DNA of 64,000 nt from Nitrospirales bacterium (lineage in GTDB: Bacteria; Nitrospirota; Nitrospiria; Nitrospirales; UBA8639). The stretch covers positions 640,001-704,000 of the forward strand of contig OY729426.1 of NCBI GenBank assembly GCA_963422365.1, in the 5' to 3' direction. This document shows, piece after piece, positions 28,206-39,653 of this stretch. The notes beneath the pieces are model-generated. The model ran no database searches. It was not told the DNA's origin and saw only the letters and a list, made by a program, of their open reading frames with translations. Each line of letters opens with the position of its first letter. The stretch's first letter is position 1. A program made the position numbers and the translations under genes.

Positions 28206-30970
28206 ATGGCCCCTGTGAATCAAACCCCGGAACAAAAAGCCCGCGACAACATTGATAGGATGTTGGTTGATGCGGGTTGGGTCGTCCAAGACAAAAAGGG
28301 CATCGACTTCAATGCCGGGCCAGGAGTGGCCGTCAGAGAATATCAGACAGATAGTGGGCCGGCGGATTATGTGCTGTTTGTGGATCGTCAACCGGCAGGA
28401 ATTGTTGAGGCCAAGAAAGAAGAAGAAGGGCACTGCCTGACCACAGCGGAAACACAGTCCGATGACTACGCCAAAGCGAAATTGAAATGGATTGCCGATA
28501 GCAAGCCACTTCCCTTCATCTATGAAAGTACGGACGTCCTGACGCGGTTTCGAGACGAACGTGCCCCGAAACCACGATCCCGGCCGGTCTTTACTTTTCA
28601 CCGGCCCGAAACGTTCAAGGCATGGATATCACAGCCTGAAACTCTGTGTTCCCGCTTACTGGATCTTCCCGTTCTCAATACCGAAGGATCGCGGGACTGC
28701 CAGATCAGGGCCATCAACAATCTGGAGCAATCATTTCAAGAGAATCACCCGCGCGCCCTGATCCAGATGGCCACCGGATCAGGGAAGACCTTTACGGCCA
28801 TCACGTTCATCCACCGATTGCTCAAATTCGCCGATGCGAAACGAGTGTTGTGTCTGGTGGATACTAAAAACCTAGGCGAGCAGGCCGAACAGGAGTTCGT
28901 GGCCTACGTGCCCAATGATGACAATCGCACATTCACCGAACTGTATACCGTGCAGCGCCTGAAATCCGGTTATATCGCTTCAGATATCCAGGTTTGTATC
29001 AGCACCATTCAGCGGCTTTACTCTATTTTGAAAGGGGAACCGTTAGACGAAGCCGCTAAACTGGAAAACCCCGCCGAACGGCTTCAACCTCAAAGCCCCG
29101 TGCCCGTGAGTTATAACGGGAAAACTCCCATTGAGTTCTTTGCTTTCGTCGTCATTGATGAATGTCATCGGTCGATCTATAACCTCTGGAGGCAGGTATT
29201 GGAGTATTACGACGCGTTTCTTATTGGCTTAACCGCAACCCCGGACAAGCGCACGTTTGGGTTCTTCAATGAAAACGTCGTCAGCGAATACGGCCATAAA
29301 GAGGCCGTGGCCGACGGCGTGAACGTGGGATACGACGTGTACAACATCGAAACAGAAATGACCCAAAAAGGCGCGAAGATTACAGCTAAGGAATATGTAG
29401 ACAAGCGGGACTGGCTGACCCGAAAAAAAACGTTGGACACAGCTAGATGAAGAGGTCGAGTCTGCTCCCAGGGATTTAGACAGAGACATCGTCAATCCCA
29501 GCCAGATCCGAAATATCATTCGGACGTTCCGCGACAAACTTCCTGAAATGTTTCCAGGACGGAAGGAGATCCCTAAAACCTTGATTTTCGCCAAGACCAA
29601 TAGCCACGCCGACGATATGATCCAGATCGTTCGGGAGGAATTCGGGGAAGGCAATGAATTCTGCAAAAAGGTGACGTATCAGATCGAAGAAGACCCAACA
29701 TCCGTTTTGGCGCAATTTCGGAACGATTTCCATCCCCGTATTGCGGTGACCGTAGACATGATTGCGACGGGAACCGAAGTCAAACCACTGGAATGTCTGC
29801 TCTTCATGCGTGACGTGAAAAGCCGCAACTACTTCGACCAAATGAAGGGACGGGGCACTCGTACACTGGAGTACGACGACCTGAAAAAAGTGACGCCCTC
29901 AACGCACAGCGCCAAGACGCACTTTGTGATTGTGGATGCCGTCGGCGTGACGAAATCCCTGAAAACGGATAGCCGACCACTGGAGAAAAAACCGACCGTT
30001 CCGCTGAAAGACCTTCTTTCTGTCGTCATGATGTGGACACGGGATAAAGAGACCATTTCTTCCCTCGCGAACCGCCTGGCCCGGCTTTCCAAACAACTGA
30101 GTGACGACGAACACAAACGGATTACGGAAAAGACCGAGGGCAAGACCATCAATCAAGTTGTTCATGACTTGCTCGATGCCATGGATCCGGATACACAGAA
30201 GAAAAAGGCCCGTGAGGTGAATACCCTTGCTCCCAACCAGGCTCCTTCAGAAGGACAGATCGAAACGGCAAAAGGAGAACTGGTGAAAGAGGCAACAGGC
30301 GTGTTTACCGGTGCGTTGAATACGTTGCTTGAGAATATCCGCCGAAGCCACGAACAGATTATTGATACGGTGAACATAGACACGGTGGAATTTGCCGGAT
30401 GGGATACACGGGCCACGGAGAAAGCCCAGGTACTCATACAGGATTTCACGTCTTACCTCGAGACTCACAAGGATGAGATCACGGCGCTACGCATCTTCTA
30501 TAACCAGCCCTATCGCCGACGAGAATTGACGTATCAAATGATCAAGGACATTCTGGAACAGCTGAAGCGGGAGACCGAACCTCGCACCGCTACGGATCTG
30601 GCAGGCTTATAAACAACTGGACGACTATAAAGGCCAAGAGCCGGTGAGTGAGCTAACGGCACTCGTGGCGCTGATCCGACGCGCCTGCGGCATTGACGAA
30701 ACCCTTTCACCATATTCGGAAACCATTCTCCGGAACTTTCAGCACTGGATCATGAAACGCCACAGTGGCGGAGGCACGAAATTCAATGAAGAACAAATGC
30801 ACTGGTTACGCATGATCCGCGACCATATCAGCAGTTCGTTCCACCTGGATCGTGAGGATCTTGACTATGCCCCATTCGACGCCCAGGGTGGCTTAGGTCG
30901 CATGGCGCAGTTATTCGGTGATGAGATGGATCGGGTAATTGACGAAATGAATGAGGCGTTGGCGGCGTGA
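28206..30970 (+). pseudogene. hsdR: Type I restriction subunit R (EcoKI/EcoEI-like), two frameshifts
   Basis: TPEQKAR, ADYVL, MATGSGKT, IDECHRS, GLTATP, QMKGRGTR; frameshifts at the A8 run 29423-29430 and near 30573. Confidence 0.88.
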
Positions 30971-31783
30971 AGGCAGGAAGGAGTAAGGAAAAAGGGAGAA
31001 GGAAAAAGGATGAAGTCATGGATCTTCGGACTCGGACGAAGGAGTTTGCACTGCAGATCATTCGCCTTTACTCAGGTCTTCCCAAGCGGACCGAGGCTCA
31101 AGTCATAGGCAGGCAAATTATTCGTTCTGGAACGTCTGTGGGAGCCAATTACAGGGAGGCGTATCGCGCGCGGAGCAAAGCGGAGTTCATCGCAAAGGCT
31201 GGCGATTGTTTGAAGGAGATTGAAGAAACCGGATATTGGCTTGAACTGCTTGTCGACTCAGGAATCGTTTCCGAGGAGCAACTTGAAAGCCTGAGAAATG
31301 AATGCGGTGAATTGACTGCGATATTCGTCACTTCAATTCGGAATGCGAAGAGCAACAATGAACGTGGCGCGTGAAGTGATACCAATCGGAGAAGCGCTCG
31401 CCCCGAGAAATGAGAGGATCGCACCTGCCGACTATCCTGAGTTGCCTTATATTGGTCTTGACAACATTGAAGCTCATTCCATGCGTTTACTCGGTTCAAA
31501 ACCTGCTGCAAGCATGAAAAGTTCCGCCAAACGTTTCTATCCCGGTGATGTGCTTTACTCACGGCTGAACCCCTATCTGAACAAAGTCTGGCCGTCGGAC
31601 CGCAACGGCATTTGCTCATCCGAGTTCATCGTGATGCCCGGCAATCATCTCGTGGATCCCAGCTTTCTCGCATTCAGGCTCAACGCCATGGATTTCGTTT
31701 CATTCGCAACCAGCTTGAATGCAGGCGACAGACCGCGTGTAGACGTTGCTCAGATTTCTACCTTTTGCCTTCCTCCTTTTTCC
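30967..31783 (+). mobile_element. Four-helix-bundle cassette bounded by inverted heptamer arrays, enclosing an HsdS TRD
   Basis: Left array of NNNAAGG units at 30967-31016; right array ATTTCTA CCTTTTG CCTTCCT CCTTTTT CC at 31754-31783 (24/30 complementary to 30987-31016). Confidence 0.6.
31018..31374 (+). CDS. Four helix bundle protein (TIGR02436 family), intact
   Basis: DLRTRTKEFALQIIRLY...VIGRQIIRSGTSVGANYREA...SKAEFIAK...LKEIEETGYWLELL...ECGELTAIF. Confidence 0.92.
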   Translation: MDLRTRTKEFALQIIRLYSGLPKRTEAQVIGRQIIRSGTSVGANYREAYRARSKAEFIAKAGDCLKEIEETGYWLELLVDSGIVSEEQLESLRNECGELTAIFVTSIRNAKSNNERGA

Positions 31784-32015
31784 AGTGTGTTCACAAGAAG
31801 AACAGAAAAAAATAGTCGAGAAAATCGAAGCCCGCCTCTCCGTTGCCGAAAAACTGGAACAAGATATTAAGGACGGCCTGAAACAAGCTGAAGCCCTCCG
31901 TCAATCCATCCTAAAAAAAGCCTTTTCCGGACAACTGGTCGCTCAAGACGCCAATGATGAGCCTGCCAGTGTTTTGCTGGAGCGGATCAAGACGGAGAAG
32001 GCTCAGCTCAAATAG
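31358..32015 (+). pseudogene. hsdS: Type I specificity subunit, single TRD, frameshifted near 31781
   Basis: YIGLDNIE, FYPGDVLYSRLNPYLNK, GICSSEF, DRPRV, then in the +1 frame PVCSQEEQKKIV...LRQSILKKAFSGQLV...EPASVLLERIK. Confidence 0.85.
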
Positions 32016-32044
32016 AAAGCCCGGAAAGAGAAGACCGTCGCCGG

Positions 32045-33518
<1,474 letters not shown>

Positions 33519-33519
<1 letters not shown>

Positions 33520-33593
33520 TGTTTTTGCAACAAGTGGAACTAGCGAACTTCCGTGGCATTAACAATCTTCGCATCGTCTTTGACGACGTGTGA
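33519..33593 (+). pseudogene. N-terminal stub of an OLD/YbjD-like ABC ATPase
   Basis: MFLQQVELANFRGINNLRIVFDDV*; ATG overlaps the hsdM stop. Confidence 0.55.
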
Positions 33594-33641
33594 CGCCAAT
33601 TGAGACAGCAAACCGCTTACAGCATCGCATCTGAGACCGCG

Positions 33642-33691
33642 TTGCGCTGTGTATTAGCGCTATACTATATTGAGTGGCACATTTGTGCCAC
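33642..33691 (+). promoter_or_regulatory. Putative sigma70 promoter and palindromic operator of the TIGR04255 operon
   Basis: TTGCGC-N18-TATATT followed by perfect inverted repeat GTGGCACA-TT-TGTGCCAC (33674-33691). Confidence 0.4.
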
Positions 33692-33713
33692 ATATTCAGC
33701 TACGTTGAAGAAC

Positions 33714-34517
33714 ATGACCGTAAAATTCAAGAATCCTCCCGTCAACGAACTGATCATCTCGACGTATTTCAATCCGCCGATACATGGATTACGAAACGAA
33801 CATATTGGTCTTTTCTGGCATTCTATTAGGGACAAATTCCCGACCGTTTCCCAACAACTTCCCCTTCCTCCGGACGTTGGGGTGAACATGGATGCCCCGA
33901 TGGGGCAAGAGATTTTTCCGATGCCTAGATACTGGATGATTGCTTCAGATGATAGAAACCTTATCCAAATACAAAAGCATGCTTTTATGTTGAACTGGCG
34001 TCGCCGTGATGCTGAGTACCCGCACTATGAAAAGATAAAGCCGATTTTTGATAAATATTATTCGAAATTCCAAGCTTTTATATCGTCAGAAACCAATACG
34101 GACAATCTCCATATAGATGTGTGTGCATTGACCTACATCAATAAAATAGAAGCATGTGAATATTGGTCAGGTCCTGAAGACATCAAAACAATCATTCCGT
34201 CATTTTCAATTCCGACTATTGGCTTATCTCCGACAGAGCAACGTTATAATTGTAGCTTTAGCTATGTAATTGATAACGACCTTCAATTACGCGTCTCCGT
34301 GCATACGGCACAATCTGACCGAAATTCTGAGATTCCGATGCTTATCCTTGAAATTCAGGCATCTGGACGTATTGAGTCAGCAAACCGTTCAGAGAACAAA
34401 ACTCTTGCCGATGCATGGTTTGATCATGGTCACCAGGCAATTATCGATTGCTTCGTCAAGATGACAAACCCCGAGATACAGAATCAAAATTGGATGCCTA
34501 CGGAGCATGAGACATGA
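33714..34517 (+). CDS. TIGR04255 family protein
   Basis: FKNPPVNELI, PRYWMIASDDRNLIQIQ, NWRR...YPHYE, LTYINKI. Confidence 0.8.
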   Translation: MTVKFKNPPVNELIISTYFNPPIHGLRNEHIGLFWHSIRDKFPTVSQQLPLPPDVGVNMDAPMGQEIFPMPRYWMIASDDRNLIQIQKHAFMLNWRRRDAEYPHYEKIKPIFDKYYSKFQAFISSETNTDNLHIDVCALTYINKIEACEYWSGPEDIKTIIPSFSIPTIGLSPTEQRYNCSFSYVIDNDLQLRVSVHTAQSDRNSEIPMLILEIQASGRIESANRSENKTLADAWFDHGHQAIIDCFVKMTNPEIQNQNWMPTEHET

Positions 34518-34981
34518 GCACAGGCCTATCAACCGACTACAACCCCCGCATTTCTGCCTACACGCCTATGAACATAGACGAGAGTGAGGCTTTTCTTCGT
34601 GAAAAAATGGCCGCAACCCAACAGGCAACAGCAGCCTATCTGCAACGAATTGCGGAACTCAAAAAAGATGCGGTGGCCGACGGCATTGCCATGAATCCCT
34701 CTTCTGAGCGCGAATTCCGGACATTTTTAGGGACTCGCGGCTTTTTCCGAAAAGGGGCACTCTTTCTTCTGGACAATGGAAACCTTCGTGCTATCTGGAA
34801 GAACGAACAGGGTGATCACATTGGTCTCCAGTTCCTCGGCAATGGAGCCATCCAATACGTCATGTTCACGCACAGGAACCCTCGGGCAAAAAATGTTTCG
34901 AGGGTAGCCGGACGCGACACCCTTGATGGCGTCCGCCGCCAGATTCTGGCTCTTGACCTCGCCGATCTGCTCTCGTCATGA
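34514..34981 (+). CDS. Hypothetical protein, translationally coupled (ATGA overlaps on both sides)
   Basis: ATGA overlaps at 34514 and 34978; LFLLDNGNLRAIW...IGLQFLG. Confidence 0.75.
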   Translation: MSTGLSTDYNPRISAYTPMNIDESEAFLREKMAATQQATAAYLQRIAELKKDAVADGIAMNPSSEREFRTFLGTRGFFRKGALFLLDNGNLRAIWKNEQGDHIGLQFLGNGAIQYVMFTHRNPRAKNVSRVAGRDTLDGVRRQILALDLADLLSS

Positions 34982-35433
34982 AGGACGATCCGCTTCCAGA
35001 TGCTGACCACGTTGTGCGCTACGTTCGATCCGGTTTGATAGATGGTGAAGAAGTTGCCGGAGGGGCATTTCTTAGAAGAAATGGAGAACGTGCGTGTTCG
35101 ATAAACTGGCTGGACTACTTCCGAGATCAGTCAAAAGAACGGCAGGTGCGTGAAGTTCGTCGGCTCATTCGCCTCGAAATCCGTCCCAATGGGCGTTTAG
35201 CAGAACTTCATGTGGGTCGAACCAAGCAACATGTAGCCGATCATCTTACACCTCTTGACTTTGTTGAAGATCCGCTTGCTGCCGACTTAGGCAACGGGTA
35301 CCGCGAGAACCCCTCTCATGCTCTTATCAAGGGACTTCCAGACCCCGAGCAAAATTCTGAATTTTCAGAAATGATCGGAGATATGATCGCCGAATGCGTA
35401 ATCATACCTCTCCATAAAGCTATTGAAGGGTGA
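34978..35433 (+). CDS. Hypothetical protein, possible ADP-ribosyltransferase/RES-like fold
   Basis: HVVRY...AFLRR..E..CSINW...NPSHALI pattern (R...SxN...H). Confidence 0.6.
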   Translation: MKDDPLPDADHVVRYVRSGLIDGEEVAGGAFLRRNGERACSINWLDYFRDQSKERQVREVRRLIRLEIRPNGRLAELHVGRTKQHVADHLTPLDFVEDPLAADLGNGYRENPSHALIKGLPDPEQNSEFSEMIGDMIAECVIIPLHKAIEG

Positions 35434-35663
35434 TTTTCTCCTATTGTCGTTGCGACTGATTGCCCTCTCAAGCAATCAAAACCTGGCAGACTTGTTTTTA
35501 TTACACCGGATGGTCACCATTGCTAGCATGACCTGACAGTGCTATTGATTCATCTGTGTATCGTGTTTCCACAGGCGAGCCGCCTGTGACAGGTTGGGAA
35601 CGCCGTTCCTATACTGCCTTCCCAGACCCCACACCCCTTGTCCCTACCGCCATCACGAACTCC

Positions 35664-36713
35664 ATGATGACGACTCACCCTGCCATTCACACTGCGTCGG
35701 TCATTGGCGCCGGGGCGTGGGGCACCACGCTCGCCCGCCATTTGGTGAACCAAGGTCTCACGGTCAAGATCTGGGCCTATGAAAACGATGTGGTCGAAGG
35801 GATCAATCTCAAACGGGAAAATGCCTTGTTTTTGTCGGGCATCATCCTTCCCAAGGCGCTCGCGGCCACGCACTTTCTTCAAGACGCGGGCACCGGCACC
35901 GACTTGATCGTGCTGGCCGTCCCTTCGCATGCCATGCGACCGGTGGTCCAGCAATTGAAACCCTCCCTTTCCGATCCTCTTCCGATTGTCGTGGCGTCAA
36001 AAGGCATTGAAGAACATTCGCATCAATTGATGTCCCAGGTCCTCAACGAACTCCTGCCGTCTAACTGGGCTCATGGGATAACCGTCCTCACAGGACCTAG
36101 CTTTGCCGCTGAAGTGTGTCGAGACAAGCCCACGACCGTTTTGTTGGCCGGGGAGGAGGCCTCCCTGACGGTTCATCTGCAACACGTGTTCATGTCTCCT
36201 TCTTTTCGGGTGTACACGGGGAGTGACTTCGTCGGGGCTCAATTGGGAGGGGCACTCAAAAACGTCATGGCCATTGCCGCCGGCGTGGTGGATGGCCTGG
36301 AATTAGGTCTGAATGCACGAGCCGCGCTGATCACCCGAGGATTAGCCGAGGTGATTCGACTGGGAGTCGCGCTCGGGGCCGACGTGCATACGTTCTACGG
36401 CCTTTCAGGTTTAGGGGATTTGGTGCTAACCTGTACGGGTTCCTTCAGTCGCAATCATGCCGTCGGCCTGCAATTGGGCCGGGGCCGACGGTTGGAGGAC
36501 ATTCTGAATGAAACCGTCACCGTGGCCGAAGGCGTTCGAACCACCAAAGCCGCGCTGGCGTTGGCGCAACGGGTTCAGGTGGAAATGCCGATTGTCCAAG
36601 GCGTCCATGCGATGTTGTTCGAAGGCAAACCGCCCCAGCCAATCGTCGCTGATTTGATGTCACGATCAGCCAAAGAAGAAACCTCTTTCACGAGTTTCGG
36701 CGGCCCTCGCTGA
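35664..36713 (+). CDS. gpsA: NAD(P)H-dependent glycerol-3-phosphate dehydrogenase
   Basis: GAGAWGT, SKGIE, GPSFAAEV, GGALKNV, GLGDLVLTC, SRN. Confidence 0.96.
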   Translation: MMTTHPAIHTASVIGAGAWGTTLARHLVNQGLTVKIWAYENDVVEGINLKRENALFLSGIILPKALAATHFLQDAGTGTDLIVLAVPSHAMRPVVQQLKPSLSDPLPIVVASKGIEEHSHQLMSQVLNELLPSNWAHGITVLTGPSFAAEVCRDKPTTVLLAGEEASLTVHLQHVFMSPSFRVYTGSDFVGAQLGGALKNVMAIAAGVVDGLELGLNARAALITRGLAEVIRLGVALGADVHTFYGLSGLGDLVLTCTGSFSRNHAVGLQLGRGRRLEDILNETVTVAEGVRTTKAALALAQRVQVEMPIVQGVHAMLFEGKPPQPIVADLMSRSAKEETSFTSFGGPR

Positions 36714-36733
36714 CCTCAGCACGGTTCACCACC

Positions 36734-37489
36734 ATGCACCCCTCGGTTCTCGAATCTCTCCTGCGGTCGGTTCAAACCGGCTCGGTGTCGGTTGCGAACG
36801 CGCTTGAACAACTGCGCACCCTGCCCTATGAGGACTTGGGATTTGCCAAGCTGGATCACCATCGGACGCTCCGTCATGGCTCACCAGAGGTGATCCTCTG
36901 TGAAGGGAAGACCGAGAAGCAGATCCTCACGATTACCCGAGGGTTGCTCAAACACAAAAATCCCGTGCTCGCGACACGCGCCGATGCCACCATCGCGCGT
37001 GCGCTCAAACGAGTGAGCCGGAAAGCGGTGTATCATCAAGCGGCACGAGTCGTGGTGATTCAGTCCACTCCCAACCCGCTTCAAGGCGATATCGTGATTG
37101 TGACCGCGGGCACGGCGGATATCCCTGTTGCAGAAGAAGCCAAAGTGACCGCCATGACGATGGGGAGTGCCGTGGACACGATTTTTGACGTGGGGGTGGC
37201 AGGGGTCCACCGATTGTTCGATCAGGTTGCTCGTCTCCAACGGGCACGCGTGGTGATTGTCGTCGCGGGCATGGATGGCGTCTTGCCCAGTGTGGTGGCT
37301 GGTCTGGTGCAAACCCCTCTCATTGCCGTACCCACGAGCAGAGGCTACGGCGCGCACTTTGGCGGGCTGGCCCCTTTACTCACGATGTTGAATGCGTGTT
37401 CCGGTGGACTCGGCGTGGTGAATATCGACAACGGGTTTGGAGCCGGCCATTTAGCGCATCGAATCAACACCCTAGTCGATCGGCCATAA
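36734..37489 (+). CDS. larB: Nickel pincer cofactor biosynthesis protein LarB
   Basis: FAKLDHHR, AGTADIPVAEEA, DVGVAGVHRL, AGMDGVLPSVV, VPTSRGYG, VNIDNGFGA. Confidence 0.93.
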   Translation: MHPSVLESLLRSVQTGSVSVANALEQLRTLPYEDLGFAKLDHHRTLRHGSPEVILCEGKTEKQILTITRGLLKHKNPVLATRADATIARALKRVSRKAVYHQAARVVVIQSTPNPLQGDIVIVTAGTADIPVAEEAKVTAMTMGSAVDTIFDVGVAGVHRLFDQVARLQRARVVIVVAGMDGVLPSVVAGLVQTPLIAVPTSRGYGAHFGGLAPLLTMLNACSGGLGVVNIDNGFGAGHLAHRINTLVDRP

Positions 37490-37588
37490 TCGCCGCTTGG
37501 TTCTATTCACGGTCCCGTTGCTCAACCCCTTCGGCAGCCCCGGCATTGTCAAGTTGATGCGATACGTCTGAGCCTTCGCCTTCTTCAT

Positions 37589-38161
37589 CTAGGGAATCTG
37601 AACCCGTGCCATCCGAAACGAATGGAACATGTTCGAGGTGCGCGGGGTGCCGGGCGAGGGCTTTTGAGGAGAAGACACTTCAACTGTTCCTCTCACAATC
37701 AGTGAGACGACTTTAGTCTTGATAAACCCTTCCTCATTGGCCATCAACTTGGCTCGGACTTCATAGTCATACGTTCCTTGACTCACGTACTGCCTGGTCT
37801 GATCTTTCCCATCCCAGAGCAGGGTGGTCTGCATGCGAGGCTTCCCGTCCTCGATGGCCACCGCGTCCAGGGGTTGGCGGCTTACTAAAAATCGAATGGA
37901 GCGCTTGGAAGGAACACTGATGAGAGACGCGACTTCGAGTACATCGAACCGATGCACGTTCCCGGGCAACTCCACAGCCACGGTGATGGCCATGGGCCCA
38001 TCCCCTGGGGCAAAGGGCACCGGCAAGGTCGTGATGTCCACAATTTTGAGTTGCGGCAGATGGGTCTGCTTTTTCCGTTTGGCATCAAGCACTGGCGTCG
38101 CACTCAACAACGCTAGGAGCGTGACCATGCCAATGAAGGCTTGACCAAGTTTTGAACGTAT
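37589..38161 (-). CDS. Exported hypothetical protein (FlgD Ig-like motif)
   Basis: N-terminal signal/TM segment; WDGKD...GTYDYEV. Confidence 0.6.
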   Translation of the reverse strand: MRSKLGQAFIGMVTLLALLSATPVLDAKRKKQTHLPQLKIVDITTLPVPFAPGDGPMAITVAVELPGNVHRFDVLEVASLISVPSKRSIRFLVSRQPLDAVAIEDGKPRMQTTLLWDGKDQTRQYVSQGTYDYEVRAKLMANEEGFIKTKVVSLIVRGTVEVSSPQKPSPGTPRTSNMFHSFRMARVQIP

Positions 38162-38435
38162 CATTCGCGCACAAGCTCTCAAGTTCCAGGCAGCATACGA
38201 TGCTGCAGCTACATTATAACAAGCAAGATTCTTCGTCTATAAAATATTCTGTGGTGGTCACCTGCATACAATCTCTTTAGGGTCTGGCCTGAGGGAACGT
38301 CATGGAATCTTTGCTCTGATTCTACACGCAATAAGAGAAGATCAGATCGCATTGGGAGAAATGCATTTCCAAGAAATATTCTTATGTGCTTAAATACCGT
38401 TATGCCCGAATCCTGTGTCGCAATGAAAGGTCTGC

Positions 38436-39650
38436 ATGCATCTTCACTTTGATTGTTTTTCCGGCATTAGCGGAGACATGACGTTAGGGGCCCTCGTGGA
38501 CGTGGGGCTTTCGCCGAAAGCCCTTCGACAAGGCCTCAAGGCCCTTCCTCTTTCTGGATACCGTCTCACTGTCTCAAAAGTCTCCCGCGGGGTAATCCAC
38601 GCGACGAAAGTCGATGTGATCATCTCCAAGCCGAGGGGTCAGGAGAAACATCGCTCCTGGCCACAAATCCGACGTCTCCTTTCCACGAGCCGTTTACCGT
38701 CCCTAGTCAAACAACAAGCTCTTGCGGTCTTCGAACGCATCGCCAACGCAGAAGGAACAGTGCATGGGCAAGACCCGGCAACCGTCTCGTTTCATGAAGT
38801 CGGAGCAACCGATGCCCTGGTCGATATCGTGGGGGGCCTTCTCGGCTGTCATGAGCTGGGGGTCAAGACCTTCAGCGCGACTCCCGTCAATGTTGGGGCT
38901 GGAACGATCGACAGTGCCCATGGTGCGTTGCCGATTCCCGGGCCTGCGGTTGCCGAATTAGCAAAAGGGTCCCCCATTTATTCCCACGGCCCTGCCATGG
39001 AATTGACCACTCCTACAGGGATGGCCTTGCTGACCACCTTGACGCAAACCTTTGGTCGGCTTCCGCCTGTGGTGCCCAATTCCGTTGGGTACGGGGCAGG
39101 GACAGCCAATCCACACGATTGGCCGAATGTGTTGCGCGTGTTTCTTGCCACGGCTGCCCTCACCCCTTTCTCTCTCCCAGGGGGAGAGAGTCTCGAAGCC
39201 GACCAGGTTATCCAGTTGGAAACCAACATCGACGACATGAACCCTCAAATTTACGAAGCGGTCATGGAACGCCTGTTTGAGCACGGCGCCCTTGATGTCA
39301 GCTTGACCCCGACGATCATGAAGCGGAATCGGCCAGGGATCATCCTCACGGTCTTGGCCCACCCCGAGCATGCCGGGATGCTGACGCAACGGCTTCTTCG
39401 TGAAACCACGACTCTCGGCGTGCGTAGCCAGCTCATCAACCGTGTGACGTTGTCGCGTTCCATGACAACGATCCGTCTGCCACAAGGCCGCGTGCGCGTG
39501 AAAACCGTTCACGTGGGCAACGCCATCAAATATCGGCCGGAATTTCAGGACTGCCAAGCCATTGCCAAAAAAACCGGCATCCCTGTTCAAGAGGTCATCG
39601 AACAGGTGATGCAATCGGTCCGGCTCAAGGGCCAGCCCCTGCGGTCTTAA
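38436..39650 (+). CDS. larC: Nickel pincer cofactor biosynthesis protein LarC
   Basis: FDCFSGISGDMTLGAL, FHEVGA, ELTTPTG, GYGAG, LETNIDD, MKRNRPG, ETTTLGVR. Confidence 0.94.
   Translation: MHLHFDCFSGISGDMTLGALVDVGLSPKALRQGLKALPLSGYRLTVSKVSRGVIHATKVDVIISKPRGQEKHRSWPQIRRLLSTSRLPSLVKQQALAVFERIANAEGTVHGQDPATVSFHEVGATDALVDIVGGLLGCHELGVKTFSATPVNVGAGTIDSAHGALPIPGPAVAELAKGSPIYSHGPAMELTTPTGMALLTTLTQTFGRLPPVVPNSVGYGAGTANPHDWPNVLRVFLATAALTPFSLPGGESLEADQVIQLETNIDDMNPQIYEAVMERLFEHGALDVSLTPTIMKRNRPGIILTVLAHPEHAGMLTQRLLRETTTLGVRSQLINRVTLSRSMTTIRLPQGRVRVKTVHVGNAIKYRPEFQDCQAIAKKTGIPVQEVIEQVMQSVRLKGQPLRS
39157..39190. repeat. CCCTCACCCC...CTCTCCC-N3-GGGAGAG palindromic element in frame in larC
   Basis: CCCTCACCCCTTTCTCTCTCCCAGGGGGAGAGAG, 9-bp stem, in the interdomain linker. 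Confidence 0.6.
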
Positions 39651-39653
39651 CGC

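Noticed and set aside
6516..31374. Diversity-generating retroelement suggested by Avd-like four-helix genes
   Set aside because: No reverse transcriptase and no template/variable repeat pair differing at adenines was seen in the window.
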